64,000 nucleotides of DNA from Eledone cirrhosa (GCA_964016885.1 OZ024741.1:48794001-48858000); one strand, 5' to 3'. Numbered from the stretch's first letter, positions 29,557 to 44,163 are shown. Translations and numbers: made by a program. Notes: generated by a model not told the origin, from the sequence alone.

Positions 29557-30890
29557 GTAGGATACAATGATACCATTTCTCATACATTGCATGCAAAATA
29601 ACACTATTTATAGTACTATGTATATATGTTTTTAACACCCACACTTTTTAAAGCTTTGGCTATTCTTTTACTGTTTTACATGTTTCAGTCATTTAACTGG
29701 CCATGTTGGGGCACTGTCATGAAGGTGATATGATGATACTGAAAAAAATGTTTATACTAATTCATTGATTTAGTATTTCATTTCTTTAGAGTCCATAAAA
29801 TAACTTCCAATCATTCATTAATTCAATCTATGCTTCTTTTTTGTTATTTTAATGTTACCTTTTCCATGTTTATTGATTAAACGGCATTGGACTTTAATCT
29901 TGTTCCTCCTTCTGTTAAGTTTAAAAACATCTTCTGTAGCTATTTTCATCTACAGCTTAACTCTTAATATCCTGTAATGATTTAGAAAATGAAAATATCT
30001 AAAAGTGGGTTTATTAATTCAAATGTTTATATTATTTTTACTAGTGGACATAGCATTGTGAATCTTTTTTGTTTTAGAGTAAATATTTAATGTAATGCCA
30101 TGATAATGCTGTCTTATACTTTTCGAGAAAGTCTTGCTCATGTGGTAGAGGACATTGTGTTAAAGTACTTCTTTTTACCCATCACTAGTCCTTCTTGACT
30201 TCATTCACATTTATACATATTTTAGAATTCAATTGTTGCTAAACTTTAAAAGTTAACATTGCAATTACTACAGATTGCTTGTTTCACTGTTATACAGCAT
30301 TACTCTTTCTTTTGCAAGACTCATTCATATAATATCTTGTAGAAAAAAACTAGATCCATTATAGGTGTCAGTTTTATGGGCGTAAATCCATTTAGCTGTT
30401 TTGTTAGCAATCTGTTTGACTGTTTTCTCTTCTCTAATACAAAACTTCCTATTTTAAAATATTCAGGTTTAAATCTAATCATTTTATAATAATTTTATGT
30501 GAAAACCTTTTGTTATTTTCTAACAACAGTTTAATCATGACAGTTATTTTAATAAGCTTGGCATTCTTGATTATTTTGAAAATTAATTGAAATACACAGT
30601 GTATTTCATCAGAAATATAGTTACAAATTGATTAAGCTTTAGACACTATGCTTTAATTAACTCATGGACTAATTGTCATATAGAAGACTGTGTGTATTTC
30701 TAGTAAGCCATGTAAACAGTTATTGTTTTTTTTCTTGTGGCAACTTATGTTGACTTATTTTAGTGAAAATCTGCATTTCAGTCACATTTTTGTTATCTTT
30801 GAACTTCGTAGTTTGTAAAATGGAGTCAATGAACCTTCAGGCACCCTAAGGAATTAAGATTGTTTTTTCCATCAACACACTTTAAATTTA

Positions 30891-30930
<40 letters not shown>

Positions 30931-32225
30931 CAGTGTGCACCTCATGAAAGGTTCATTTTGACCCGTCACATTGCTCATCAAGCTTTGGATACATCCTATG
31001 AATATATTAAGAATGTTCCAGAAGTTTTGACAGCAGCTTATAATAAATCAAATGAAAAATCTAAAATTCCTTCCTGGTTCCATGTCATTTGGAATAGAAT
31101 TTGTGTAGATCACCAATAGTAGGGAAGCTGTCATGTCTTTGACATAACTGAAGGGTCCGCTCGACCCTTTGTTTGGCATGAATGGTCCTCCTGACCCTTT
31201 GTTATTTTTCCTACACAAGTGTTATGTTAAACTTATGTAGAGTAAATAGAGATTCTCATTTGTATCCAGTTTTCTTGCTTGTTCACACTATATTTAATCA
31301 CTTCTGATATTAGCTTTTTGATTAGCACTAATTTTATTACAACTTATATACTGCACAAGATGGTTTTTATGATGCTGTTGGGTTTTTTGTATTGTTGTTG
31401 ACTACTATATTTGTCATTCTTTTATTCTTTTTCTGGTTTCAGCTACCAGACTGTAGTCATGCTTAAGAATTATAGTCAAACACCTTATTCCTAGTATACA
31501 TTTCAGTTGCTACTTACAGGGTGTCCCAAAAATTTACATCATTTGAATGTGAATATATGAGTAACTACATCTGTGTTTGAGCATATTCTAACACACAAAA
31601 TGCCTTTTAATTTTTAGTAAATGTCATTCTTTAACCTTTTTGTCTTGTCACCTACACAACCACTTTACAGTGTGGGCTTGGTGCTCTTTGTCGTGACACC
31701 TACACAACCACTGTAACCGGAAACGATATATATAATGAATATAATAATAGTTGACCATTTTTTTATCTTCTATTTATTTTGTAAACAAATAATACAATAT
31801 CAAAACATATAAAAAAGTAATAAAAAAATTCCTCAAATGATTCCTTAGCATGGCCTGGACACTGGCCGCGTACCGGCACCGGTCCGCGGATCACCACTTT
31901 GAGTAGCACTGACCTACATGACCTCTTTACTGTGTAGACTGGGTGTTTTTTGTTGCGACACCTACACGACCACTTTACAGATGGGACTGTATGTCTATAT
32001 AATTTCAAACTATCTTTGGATTTGTTCTGAGACAGTTTCATTATTTGAAAAATCATACACGTTTTCCTTATGACAGAACATTAAGGTATACTTCAAAATT
32101 AGCTTTCAACTCTTTTTTCTTCTTCCAAGCTTGTTGCTTATCTTGTATATTTTTTATATTTTCTTTTATCTACTAAACTATTCCACTACCATATGGCTAG
32201 GTTTTTGTGACAGTTTTATAACTGA

Positions 32226-33191
32226 CTAGCATTAAAGCCCAGCGTTGCTCGGGGTCAGTAAGTTACCAAAGTTAGGTTGCACCACCCATTTTATGGCAGC
32301 ACTTTTTTGTCTGCCAGGTACTGGGTGAATGAATTGCAGACCTGGATTGCCGAAGCAGGAGCTGCTCCAGCAGAGACAATTGTAGTTTCGCCTATGGATA
32401 TTATCTCTGTGCAAAGAAGTGTTGAAATTTATTGTTTCACAGTACTTGCGCTAACACGCGCGTAGACGATGTCAGCCGAACAACAGAGCTGCGATGGAGT
32501 TCTGCATGGTTGTCTAATGTGTGTTTTCTAAATCTAAGACAGTAGGGAGTGGTGTGATATGGGGGAGAGTTAGCTGCTGTTTCTAGCAGGTTTAGTGACC
32601 TCATAGAGGATATTATTGTGTATAGTAAATGAACTGAAACTTCTTTCTTCCACATTCGTTGATAGATGTTTTAAAAAAGATTTATCGCTATTTTTTTTTG
32701 TTGTTGAATAAATTTATCTGTTGCTTTTGAATAATTGTTGTTTCGTATGAAATGCAATAAGTTCTCTTTGTCATTGAAGTAAATAAATGTTTGACCATTC
32801 CACACTCAAAAACAAACGTTCTCTCTCTCTCCCTCTTAAAGTTTGTAAGTTTAATCATCATCATCATCATTATCTATAAAAGGCAGATTGTTGTTGTGTG
32901 TGTGTGTGCATGTTCCATGTTTATATTCGATGAAACTACATACATGCTGCAACTTTCTCTGATGAAGGGGAGTAGAGAGGGGTAATCTGATTGTATTAGA
33001 GGGGTAAAGCGTCATGTATTTAGTTTTATCGATTATTTCCGTAATTGTGGGTGAGGTTGAATGAAATAAATAGTCGTTGACCTAAGTTAGACCATTTACA
33101 ACATTCTTACAGACTTTGAGTCGAATCGGTTTGAAATTGTGCAAATGTATAAACACACACACACACACACACACACATACACACACATACA

Positions 33192-33232
<41 letters not shown>

Positions 33233-33250
33233 CAATCTGCCTTTTATAGA
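32226..33250 (-). mobile_element. Non-autonomous Helitron in a SUMO1 intron
   Basis: On the minus strand: A|TC start, subterminal GC-rich CCCGAGCAACGCTGGG hairpin, CTAG|T end. Confidence 0.8.
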
Positions 33251-33251
33251 T

Positions 33252-33430
33252 AATTGTTTCTACTTTTTTGGCACAAGGCCAGCAATTAACCAGTACATTA
33301 CTGGTACTTTATTTATCGACCCCGTAAGGATGAAAGGCAAAGTGAATCTCGGCGGGATTTGAACTCAAACCGTAAAGGGACGTAACTATTCTGGAAAGCA
33401 TGGCGTTCGACTCTCTACTGAAACTGCCAA
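33252..33430 (-). mobile_element. tRNA-headed SINE with Meta-like central domain
   Basis: B box GAGTTCAAATCC; GCCTTTCATCCTTACGGGGTCGATAAA core; several copies in the window. Confidence 0.8.
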
Positions 33431-34635
33431 TAGATAATGATTGCTAACTTGTATATTTTGACTAGCGGAAACTAGATGTTCATTATATAGTCCTTTATTT
33501 TGTTCATCAAACTGGCTTAGTTTCTTCTCCTTATCATTGCTTTAACGTTTTTACAAATTAATTCCTATTGGGGAACATTAGATAAGTTTAATAATATTAT
33601 TTTCTTTATTGATTGTAAATTCCCGAGTTTAGACCATGTCATAGAAATTACTTGGTACCTCTTCAATTTCAGCACTGTAAACTAGCAGATACCAGATAGT
33701 TTAAACCTTCAATCAACAGTTAACATCTCATTTACAGCTTTCTCTCACTTTTTTTATTTTATTTTATTTTTCTGCTAAATAAAGTGAAGTAGGAAGATTT
33801 CATGGCTTTGTCAAATGCACTGCAAGAGTGATGGTAGAAATTCACAATTTTTCAGCTGTGTTGTAGATAGTAACTTGTCATAAGTAATGATCATCATCAA
33901 TGTTTAATGTATGCTTTCCCTGCTAACAAGGGTTGGTTTGGGTTAGTTGTCAATTGACCGGGTTGGTACTCAATTGACCCTGCAATTCATTGTTTGTCTT
34001 CTTAGCGATATTTTGCTCATCCGCTGAATCATACTCATTTCCATTCTTTCTAGTATTCGCTCCAATAAATAATGGCACTTCTCACATATGCAACAAACAC
34101 CTTTCCTTTCAGTTTTAGCAATACTTTCCTCATCATTGGTATGCCACTCCATTCCTGGAACTGCCATGTGCATCTCACTTCAGTCATTCTAGCTGAGTCT
34201 GATCCACCATTTGTAAGACCCAACTTGTCTCCATCTGCTGCTCACTCAATACACACCTTACACTTAACCCCTTATTTACCAACCCACTCAAAACTGGCTC
34301 TGGTTCTATGAAATAAAAACACAAATAGTGTGTTTCTTGCCAAACAATGTGTCAAGAGGATTCTTCAATTGTGTCAAAGGCGCAGCAGCCCCCTTAGTAC
34401 TGGTGTCATCATAAAGCACACTCGGTACACTCTTTAGAGTATGTGAAAGGCACCTCCACCTGATAGTTCAACTGAGAAGTCATTTACTGTAGCTAGGTTT
34501 TGATTTGATATATGATGAACTATCTAACCTTTGCTGAAACTGAAAATTAACCAATAAGGAAATATTGGTTAATTTTCAGTTTCAGCATGTCATGTTAAAA
34601 TTTGATATTAATTATATGTTGTTGTTCTATTAAAG

Positions 34636-34707
34636 GGAGTTCCAGTAACTTCTTTGAGATTCTTATTTGATGGTCGAAGAATTAATGATGATGAAACACC
34701 AAAGCAG
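34636..34707 (+). CDS. SUMO1: SUMO1 internal exon (GVPVTSLRFLFDGRRINDDETPKQ)
   Basis: AAG acceptor, GTAACT donor, 72 nt; SUMO LRFLFDG motif. Confidence 0.96.
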
Positions 34708-35100
34708 GTAACTTTATTTATTGGCTTTGATTTAAAGGGAAATAACTTATGTGGATTTTTTTTTCTAACTGCAATTTCTAATATCTGCATTCTTTCTATT
34801 TTTTTTAAAAATATTATTTAGTTCTGTACAAATTTTGCAGTGCTTTTATCTATTTTTATTTCCTTATCAAATGATATCCTACTTACCAATACACTCACTT
34901 AGCTGTTTTATGGTCAGAGGTATGAGTTAAGCCTCTCAAATATGAATGGGGTTGACTTAATTAACTTTGCCCTTCACTAAAATTTGTTAGCGTTGTTTTG
35001 CCTAAACTAGAAATCAATATTTGGAGGGAAGTTCTGTATTTTTTTTTTTTGTCTTTTATATTTTATGGAGTTCGCCTGTTATAGCAGTAATTGATCTGTT

Positions 35101-35334
35101 TTAACCCTTTAGCATTTACATTACTCTATATATATATATATACTATTGTATTTTCACAGTAAAGGCTTTATCTTACATAATTAGCTCACATAATATCAAA
35201 TCTATGAGATTTTGATATTATTTATTTTGAGAACAATACCTTAACATAAATAGTGGCCTGTTACAGCTGGTTTGAACAGAAAGAGGTGAGAGAATCCTGG
35301 CCGGATACAGCTGGTTTAAATGCTAAAGGGTTAA
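35101..35334. mobile_element. piggyBac-like MITE (TTAA-CCCTTTAGCATTTA termini)
   Basis: TIRs flanked by TTAA; related copies at 35523-35736, ~39900-40095 and 50344-50558. Confidence 0.75.
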
Positions 35335-35522
35335 CTGTAAACGTTTGCGTGATGCTTTAATCTGCTTCATCTTTACTGTTTGTAAAATACAGAAGGGTAA
35401 CATTTTTTGTGATTCTAGTTTGGTTTCTCTCATTTGATACTAATCTGCTGCAGGTTTTATGATATAAATCTATTTTAAAGTGTAGATATATATCTAAAAT
35501 ATTTTCCATCCTTTTTTGTAAG

Positions 35523-35736
35523 AACCTTTTAGCATTTACATTACTGTATATTTACTATTGTATTTTCATGGTAAACACTTTATCTCACATAATATTGAAT
35601 CTATGAGATTTTGATGATATTAAATTTGAGAACAACCCCTTAACATAAATATGAGTGGCCAGTTACAGCTGGTTTGAACAGAATGAGGTGAGAGAATTCT
35701 GGCTGGATATGGCCAGTTTAAATACTAAAGGGTTAA
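35523..35736. mobile_element. piggyBac-like MITE, second copy
   Basis: Direct-orientation homolog of 35101-35334. Confidence 0.7.
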
Positions 35737-35864
35737 ACACTGGTTTAATAATGACAATGTTATTTGAAAATCACAGGCAATGTCTTTCATTAGAAATATG
35801 AACATTGTTATTCATGCTGCAAGATTAATAATGCCTTGACATGTATTTTTCATTTACATTTCAG

Positions 35865-35924
35865 CTTGAAATGGAAGATGATGATGTGATAGAAGTGTAC
35901 CAGGAACAAACTGGTGGTTGGTAG
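35865..35924 (+). CDS. SUMO1: SUMO1 last coding exon (LEMEDDDVIEVYQEQTGGW*)
   Basis: TTTCAG acceptor; IEVYQEQTGG is the SUMO1-type C-terminus with di-glycine. Confidence 0.97.
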   Translation, partial: LEMEDDDVIEVYQEQTGGW

Positions 35925-36469
35925 ATTAATTTGATATGGGGACCATCACCGCTGCCTTGTGTTGAACTGGTCCCATCCACTGTATGTTAAATATTTGAGA
36001 AACTAGTAGTGGTGGTAAATAGAATGGAGTGGGCTGTCGAGTTTGGAGGGATATACTTCTCTCCATCTAACTTTATAATTTCTCTTTTACTCCCACCACC
36101 TTTCCTTACTTCTTTGTCACATTTTTCTCCTTACCTAATTCTTTTTCATTTTTCTGTTTTTCTGTATATTTTTCTTTTCAATACCCCTCCCCCCTTTCCA
36201 CCAAAATGAAAAACAAAAAGAAAAAAAAAACTACAAAACTCTGCCCACCACTGCTAGTCTGTAATATAACTACTTGTGGCTCACCTCCTTCTGGGATTGC
36301 AACATCAAAACAACTGCAGCAACAGACTATCAGCTTCACACCATCTCTCATTATCATTGATTATATATATAGATTATATACATATATATATATATATATA
36401 CACACACGTGCACACACACACACACTAATATATATATAAATATATACACACATACTTATTTTTGTGTAT

Positions 36470-36506
<37 letters not shown>

Positions 36507-38614
36507 TAAACCCCCTCAAATATCTCCTCTCTTTTAAGACTAAAAGTTTCACTGGTTAAAATGGATGTGAATGTGTGTCCTTCAAGACTCTCTTCTTCCC
36601 CCTTCCAGAATGTTCCAATTAAGAACTTTATCAAACTGAAATTACAACAACAACAGCATGAAATGAGAAAGAGAACCAGCAAATCTTCAAAAGTTGTGAC
36701 AGGAGCACTCAAGCAAAGTGACTGGCATTATATATACACACCAGTTTGTCAGTCTACTCAGTTCTTCAAAAATTCTACAGTGTCCAGATGTCAGTGTTAT
36801 TTTGTACATGTTTTAGCTGCTTAACATTTCCAGCATGTATAACTTGTATTTTCATTTAAATTTCCTACTTTAATGATAAAGATGTTTTTTTTTTATTATT
36901 AGGGATTTTCTTATACACACATATTATTTATTGTCATACGATAAATATATCTTAGCTTGTAAAACCCTTTGTTAGTTAAATTTCAGTATAATTCACATTT
37001 ATAGCTTAAAAACACATTTTTTTAACATTAAGGATTATCAAGAGTGGTAGAGGTAATTAGGACACAAAGTATTTAGATTACTTTTCATCCATCTGGTTGA
37101 TAAAATAAGTACCAGTATTATACTGGGGTCATTCCATTGACCATGCCTCTTCCCTACAAAAGAATCTGGCCTTGTTATTTAGTTAAAATAATATTAGAAC
37201 CATCATATTTGATTTACATTAAAACAAATGAAACCAGTTCCAACAGCATGTTGTTAATGACTTGCTTTTTAGCACATATTTCCTTTATTATTTTCACTTT
37301 CAAACAATAAGGTTAATGTTATGCTGGTCACTGCTATAGCAGCAGACATAGATTGTCAGTTTTATTGAATTATGATTTTATATTTCGTTTTTATTCGCAC
37401 TGTAAACTCATCTCTAGTTTCTTTTCAAGTTCCAAGCTGACTTTAGTTATCTATTGATAATTAGTAAACAACCCTTTATTTTTCCCTTGTTTACAATCTC
37501 CAAAATCTTACTAATTCCACTCAATCCATCTCAACTGGTCAGTTGAAGTCTTTTTTGTTCACCATCTTCATTAGATGCCTTATACAAAATTAATAATTAT
37601 TGCTATAACATCAGCTTGTGGAAGGGTTTTTCTCTTTGGTTCTGTTGCCTTAACAAATGGTTAGAGCAACATTCTAGCCATGACTTTAATAAATTCTACA
37701 CATTTTATTGGTTTAGAAGATCAAAACAAGCTCAACTGAAAGCATTCCCTTTTTTCTAGCAACCTGTTGTCTTTGAGAACAATGCAGCTAAAACAAGTTT
37801 TGTTTTTAGACTGGTCTCACTCATATTTGGAGATGAGCTGCTGCTCAGGTAAATTTTTATTGGATTTCTTCTAATTAGTTGTAGGGAGCAATCTAATTAT
37901 AATCCTGCTGCATTTATCTATTTAAATATTGTTTGCTTTTTACTTAATTTGTCTACTAAATGTAGTATAATTGGCAACCATTTCTTTATTTACTCATGGA
38001 CATTGTGACCAAGATACCATATTCCGTAGTGTTTTATTGTTGCTAATATAGTTTTCTAATTACAATAGAATGTATTAATATAAAAGTGGCAACTATTTAA
38101 TAAAGAAGTATTTTTAATGTAACTTCCTTTTGATGATAACCATAAAATGTTTTCTTTTACTTACTTTTGTCTTCAATATTTATTTTTGGTTCTGACTAAC
38201 TGACTTATGTTCACACAGCTTTTGTCTTTGGAATGGCTTTCGAATAACTAAGCTTATTTTTTGGTTCTAGCTTTCTTACATAATTCTATCCTCTGTTTAA
38301 AATACTAGTCTGGGAATGTAGTCTGTAGCAACTACCTGAATGCTTACTAGCCAAAATTGGAACTTCTAAAGAAAAGTTTACTCAAACACATTAATTTTGT
38401 ACTTAGATTTTTTTTTTTCCATCTAATTTGAGAATCATTTTCTATTTTCATTTATTTAATATTATGTACACATTTTAAAAGTAACTGGTGTTAAAAATTC
38501 TTTTTTTTTATTTCTTACTATCATTAGAAAAAGAAAACCTTCACATATGTCATACATATATATATATATTTATATATATATATACATATATATATATATG
38601 TGTGTGTGTGTATG

Positions 38615-38647
<33 letters not shown>

Positions 38648-40334
38648 GTATATATATATTTATATATATTGTTTGACATTATAAACTACTGCACCAGTTT
38701 CCATTTTAAAAAAATTGAAATTATTTCATTAAGTGGTATCTCTGGTGAATTTACCTTTTTACAAAACTACAATAAAAACCCATGGCCTTCCTCTTGAGCA
38801 TATCTCTCTTACACTGTGTTGTTATTTCTCTCTTTTTTGCTTCAATGCCAGTTTCCAGTCCATAAACTGTCACAGCAAGGTTGTCTTTGTTAAATCTGGT
38901 GTTTGCTTCTAAGCAAAATAGCATAGCTGGAAATGTTACCAAAATATATCAAATTGGCACAATGTATGTTGTTGATATTAGTCTTATGGACCAAAATATA
39001 AGTTGATGTATGCTAACATGAAGAAAAGGAGGCAAAACTGATATGTGTGTTTGTGTGTGTTCATTCATCCATTTCACCCAATTTTTATTTTTATTTACTA
39101 ACTGTAATTTATAAAAGTTAAATATTTACATTAATTTTTCTTTGCACGTTTGTGAGTCTAGATTTTGTTTCCTGTCTGGAATGAAAAACAGTATACATCC
39201 ATTGTACATGGATACAATATTTTAACCATATTTTAAATAGACTACAGTAAAATGTAAAAATTACTTTTTGCATGTATTTAGTTTAGATATATATGATCAC
39301 ATTTTACTAATTTAGTTAAAAAAATTTTTTTTTTTCTTTTTTTTACACAAGGAAATTCTTAATCTCCCATTCAATGGTGTAGAGATGATAGATTTAGTTA
39401 AAATGTATTGTGAATATTTCGATAAATGGTTCATTGGAGGATTTGAACACAGCACTGCATGTCTTTAGTATTTTATGTCATGCTACTAATTTACAGTAAG
39501 TTGAGCTGGGCTGTTTGAGAGCTATGTGTGTCTTGGCACTATGCATTTCTGGTGTTGTGATATAAACTACTAATGCATTTGATCTACTGTTCATCTCTTT
39601 TTATTTCAACCATGAGCTGCAGTTTTCTGTCTTTTTGACATCTAGGCAATAGTTATAAAAAACCCAATAAATATCACAGCAGCCACATTTAAAAATGTTT
39701 TTTTGGTATCTCGGGCAAACTCATTTGTTTTAGTCATTGAATGTGGTTCAAGGTAATTTGGCTAGCTGAAACAGTACATTCTACCATTTATATTGTTTAC
39801 AGGAAATTATCCAACATTTGTTTTAATGCGACCAAGGAATATCAGTATATTAGAAAAGCTATAGTTTTCTATTCTCTATTAAAAAGAAATACTAAAGGCC
39901 TTAATGGAATCATAGGAACATTATCCCGACACATGTCTTGGGCATTTAAAATCTGGCAAATCCCATTCCATTCCAGATCAGAAGACAGAGAGAGAAACAC
40001 CCCTAGTATTGGATCTTTAATTATTGGCCGGTTTGAACAGAAAGATGTGAGATAATTCTGGCCTGATACAACCAGTTTAAATGCTAAAGGGTTAAGGGAC
40101 ATGCATATATATATACATACTTTTCATATATAATGATAAACTGGTTATGTCTGGTTCAGATTTACAGCTAGGTCAACTGATTCTGTTTTGATTATGAGAA
40201 CAATATGCCATTGAAAAACAATTAGATCCATTGTTTCCTTCTGGTGCACCAATACTTTCTTGTGGCATTCCTTCAGGAATTGTATTTAATTTGGCCGATA
40301 CATTATAGATTGATAGAACTTGTCTCACGCACAT

Positions 40335-40900
40335 CATTAGCATCATGTCTGTTTTTCCATGCTTGGATGGGTTAGAGAGGTAGATTTCAGCACAGCATCT
40401 CTCCAATCACTGCGTTGATTCGTCATCTTTGTGAGTCTCAGCGATTTGAAATTGGCTCTCACCTCAGCCCAGGTCTTCCTTGGTCTACCTCTACTGTGGC
40501 TTCCTTCCACAGATTTTCTGGCACTTCTTCACTCATCCTAATCACGATAAAAAGCACCCAGCTCACACTGTAAAAGTGGTTGTGTAGGTGTCATGACAAA
40601 AAGTACCCAGTCACACTGTAAATTTGGTGGCATTAGGAAGAGCATCCAGCTAAAATCAGTTGTGTGAGCAAAACGGTCATCCGATCTGGATGACTCGATG
40701 AAACAGCACGTCCTACCCATGCTAGCATGGAAAATGGACGTTAAACGATGATCGCATGTCCGTACCAACTATCTTCTCTCTTACATATCTCTTCTGATTC
40801 CTCTGAAGCTCAGTTCATCCAAGCTCCACCTTTCTCGCATTTACGTTGCACATCAAATGCAGAACACTTCAATCTCTGGTCTTCACGTCTAAAGACATTG
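40335..40900. mobile_element. Old RTE 3' fragment (-) interrupted by an RTE-3'UTR-like short element (+, ~40540-40752)
   Basis: CCAGGTCTTCCTTGGTCTACC region plus AAAAGCACCCAG...GGACGTTAAACGATGAT. Confidence 0.65.
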
Positions 40901-41004
40901 GCAAACTTTTCTTTTTTTAGCCTCCTCCTCTCTCTCTATGTATATATATATATAATCAATTAACAACTGTCTTTTCCTGCTAGGAAAGGTTTGATAGTGA
41001 TCAC

Positions 41005-41206
<202 letters not shown>

Positions 41207-43149
41207 TCTATTTTACCATCGTTTGTCTTTCTATTTTCCTATGAAGGACGAATGTCCAAAGCATTGACTTTTTTTTTCAACTAAATCAAGTGTTAAACTA
41301 GTATACCATAATTGTATTGTTTTGTTTTCTTTGACATATATATATATATATATATAATAAAGCACAATCAACAGCCCAAGAAGTGGTAATTCTACGAAGA
41401 AAGTGCAAAAAAATAACAAAACAAGGGTTCTTTACATAGTTTTCTCCCTTGTGAAAGAGTTATTTACATAGAATGCATATTTCCTTAAATTAGAGATTTA
41501 TGCTTACTGCTTTATTTCTTAAATTTGAAATTAAAAAAAAATATACATGCATGCACGCACTGATACACTGTGCATGGATGTGTGTGTGTGTGTGTGTATA
41601 CATATATATATATATATATATACATACACACATTTTTGGGGGACACTCTGTATATGTTTGGGTTTGGAAACAAACGTACTCAATACTTAAGTTGCGGATA
41701 TTACCAAAATTTTTCAAGTTTCCATGAAACTCAGAGTAGCAACAGTAATCTCAGTAACATATATATCAACCATAATTTTAATAAGTAAGATGGAAGAAAG
41801 GAAATTTTTACTGTCAGGGTAGTGACCTTTATCAATGTCACAATAAGATACATTGTGTACACCTTATGGAATTACTATCTAAGATATAGATGCGCAATAT
41901 GTGGTGAGATCATAAGCAGGTTAATAGAGATGTAGTAGATGCACTAAAAGTTAATCGTTTTACATCCGTTTTCCACGCTAGCATGGGTTAGAGTTGTTTT
42001 GCTCACACACAACTGATTTTGGCTTAGTTTTTACAGCTGGATGCCCTTCCTAATGCCAACCTCATTTACAGTGAGTACTGGGTGCTTTTTGTCATAACGC
42101 CTACATGACCATTTTACAAGGTAGGCGGCGGGGGCTCCACTAAATGTATACGTCGGCCTGTCCTCATGGGAGGGTGGGGTTGTGCATACAGTATATATGC
42201 TTCACATGATAAATTCTCTCAGTTGCTAGGGATACACTCTAGAAGTTGACAGTTTTTGTTACTTAGGTGATCTAATTAGCAATTGGGGAGAATGCCCTGA
42301 AAGTTTGCTAGTCAAGGTAAGAACTGACTGGAAGAAGTTTAGAGAGCTAATACTTCTGTTGACAAAAGCTCTAAGTGAAGGGTAGAATATATATGATGTC
42401 GGAGTGCAAATAGCAATGCTACTGGGCCTTGAATGCAGAAAACTAAAAAGAAATGGAGTGAGTATGAATAAGGTTGTACCGAGCTAGAAAAAATAGTTTG
42501 AGAAGAATTGGATGTGTGCAAGAGAGGATTGCATTGGTGTGATCCCTATGGAAGATAACTGTATAAAGATGTGCAGAGAAAGGTCAGTGGATAGGACTCA
42601 TAAAGGCAGATGTGATGAGGAAGAGAAGACCATCTTTAACCCCCTTTAGTTATCAGCCCGGCCAAAAGTGGCTTTGGTTCTCTGAAATAAAACCACACAT
42701 TTTAAATAAAGGTTTCCAGTTCAAATTAAAATCTTCCAACATAATGTAAGATTCTTATAGAAAATTAAGTTACTATCTTAGTAATGAAATAATTAATAAT
42801 TTTAATAAATCCCTCAAAATTCTTCATTGATTAATTAAAATAGTGTATTTCATTAGAAAAGTAGTCATGAAAAGGTTAACAACTGGACCTTACGATGTGC
42901 CTACTAGCATGTAATGTGGCATGGTCCATGTATGTACCATCACTCCTTAGTGGCTGTTTCCACCACTCTGAAACTCATCCAAGATAACCCCACACACACC
43001 AAACTAATCTTGACACGAGCCATGGTAGTTGTTTCCGCACTAACGGAGGTCACCCCCTTCCTCCCTACTTACCACCGTGTCAAATCACACCACACCACAC
43101 AAATCTTGGTAGCAGGAAAAGTGGCTGATAAAGGTATATATATATGTCT

Positions 43150-43410
43150 CTTGGAGACAAACATTAACGAGGCATTCAACAGGAAGGCCAAGAAATACAG
43201 TGATTTGGTTGAATCTGTGAAACCTGCAGCTGGGAGGCATCCTGTTTCCCTGTAGAAGTAGGTGTCAAAGGATTTGTTGGAGCCAAGGTTCACTCACTCC
43301 TCGGGCCTTGGACTGGTGGCAAAAGAAAGGAAACACCTTTTGAGGACATTATTGGAGGCAGGTGAGAAAACGAGTTACTAAATCTGGCTCAAATGAGATG
43401 AATAGTGATC
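43150..43410 (+). mobile_element. Degenerate restriction-like endonuclease C-terminus of a HERO-like non-LTR element
   Basis: Across frameshifts: WETNINEAFNRKAKKYSDLV...FPVEVGVKGFVG...EAGEKTSY*IWLK, matching my recollection of the RLE C-terminal pattern. Confidence 0.7.
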
Positions 43411-44042
43411 ATGACGCAGGTGGATGGTGATGTCTCGCTTGTCACCTTGAAGTTGGTCCCAATGAACAGAATTATGAATGTGTTACTCTGGAGGATAAGG
43501 AAGTGGTTGTATATACTCTCAGGTCCCAAATAATAGGAGTGGTTGGTTTGGAAAATAGGTAATTTTTCTAGGTCGTGTCCGTTGATATTCTTAAAAACCA
43601 GAATTAGTCATTTAGTTTACATATTGAGACCCTCAACCCATCCTATTTTATAACATATAGGATTTCTAGTAATGTACTTTTTTTTGTCATGTATATTGCT
43701 TTTTAATGTATAAAGAAAATTAAGTGTTGCAGGAATGCTACCAGATAAAATAAAATTTTGGTAGAGATAGATTAGCAATATTTAATCAGCAGGGGGAGGG
43801 GGATCGGATGATAATTCGAGACCTGAGAGTATATTGACAACATTCGTTCATTCTCAAGACATGAAGATTATTTTTAACAGTATGTATCTGTAAACATGTT
43901 TTATGTTGGTCACTACTCTGTAGTGGCAGTAAGAAACTCTCAGCAGAGCTGAACAGAAGGTCTTCAGAGAAGAAACCCCTCCTCAATCGAGTGTTTTGGT
44001 CCTTAACTTCTTACACTCTAAGGAGGGCTCTTCTGCTGACAT

Positions 44043-44163
44043 CTAGCCATTCAGATATTGGAGACTTGCTGTGTATTTAAACTTGACATGATCTAGCTGG
44101 AATTCTTCTCTGTTGCCTCTGCTTTCAAACTTAAATGCTTTATCATATGTTGTTCCTGTAGCC
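44043..44163 (-). CDS. Candidate last coding exon of an unidentified convergent gene
   Basis: Acceptor ...TTGTTAAAATAG; 39 open codons ATGTTYDKAFKFESRGNREEFQLDHVKFKYTASLQYLNG*; phase-compatible with the exon at 44610. Confidence 0.35.

Noticed and set aside
38751-38942. 63-aa minus-strand ORF ending near a GTAAAT donor
   Set aside because: No recognisable homology and no partner exon.
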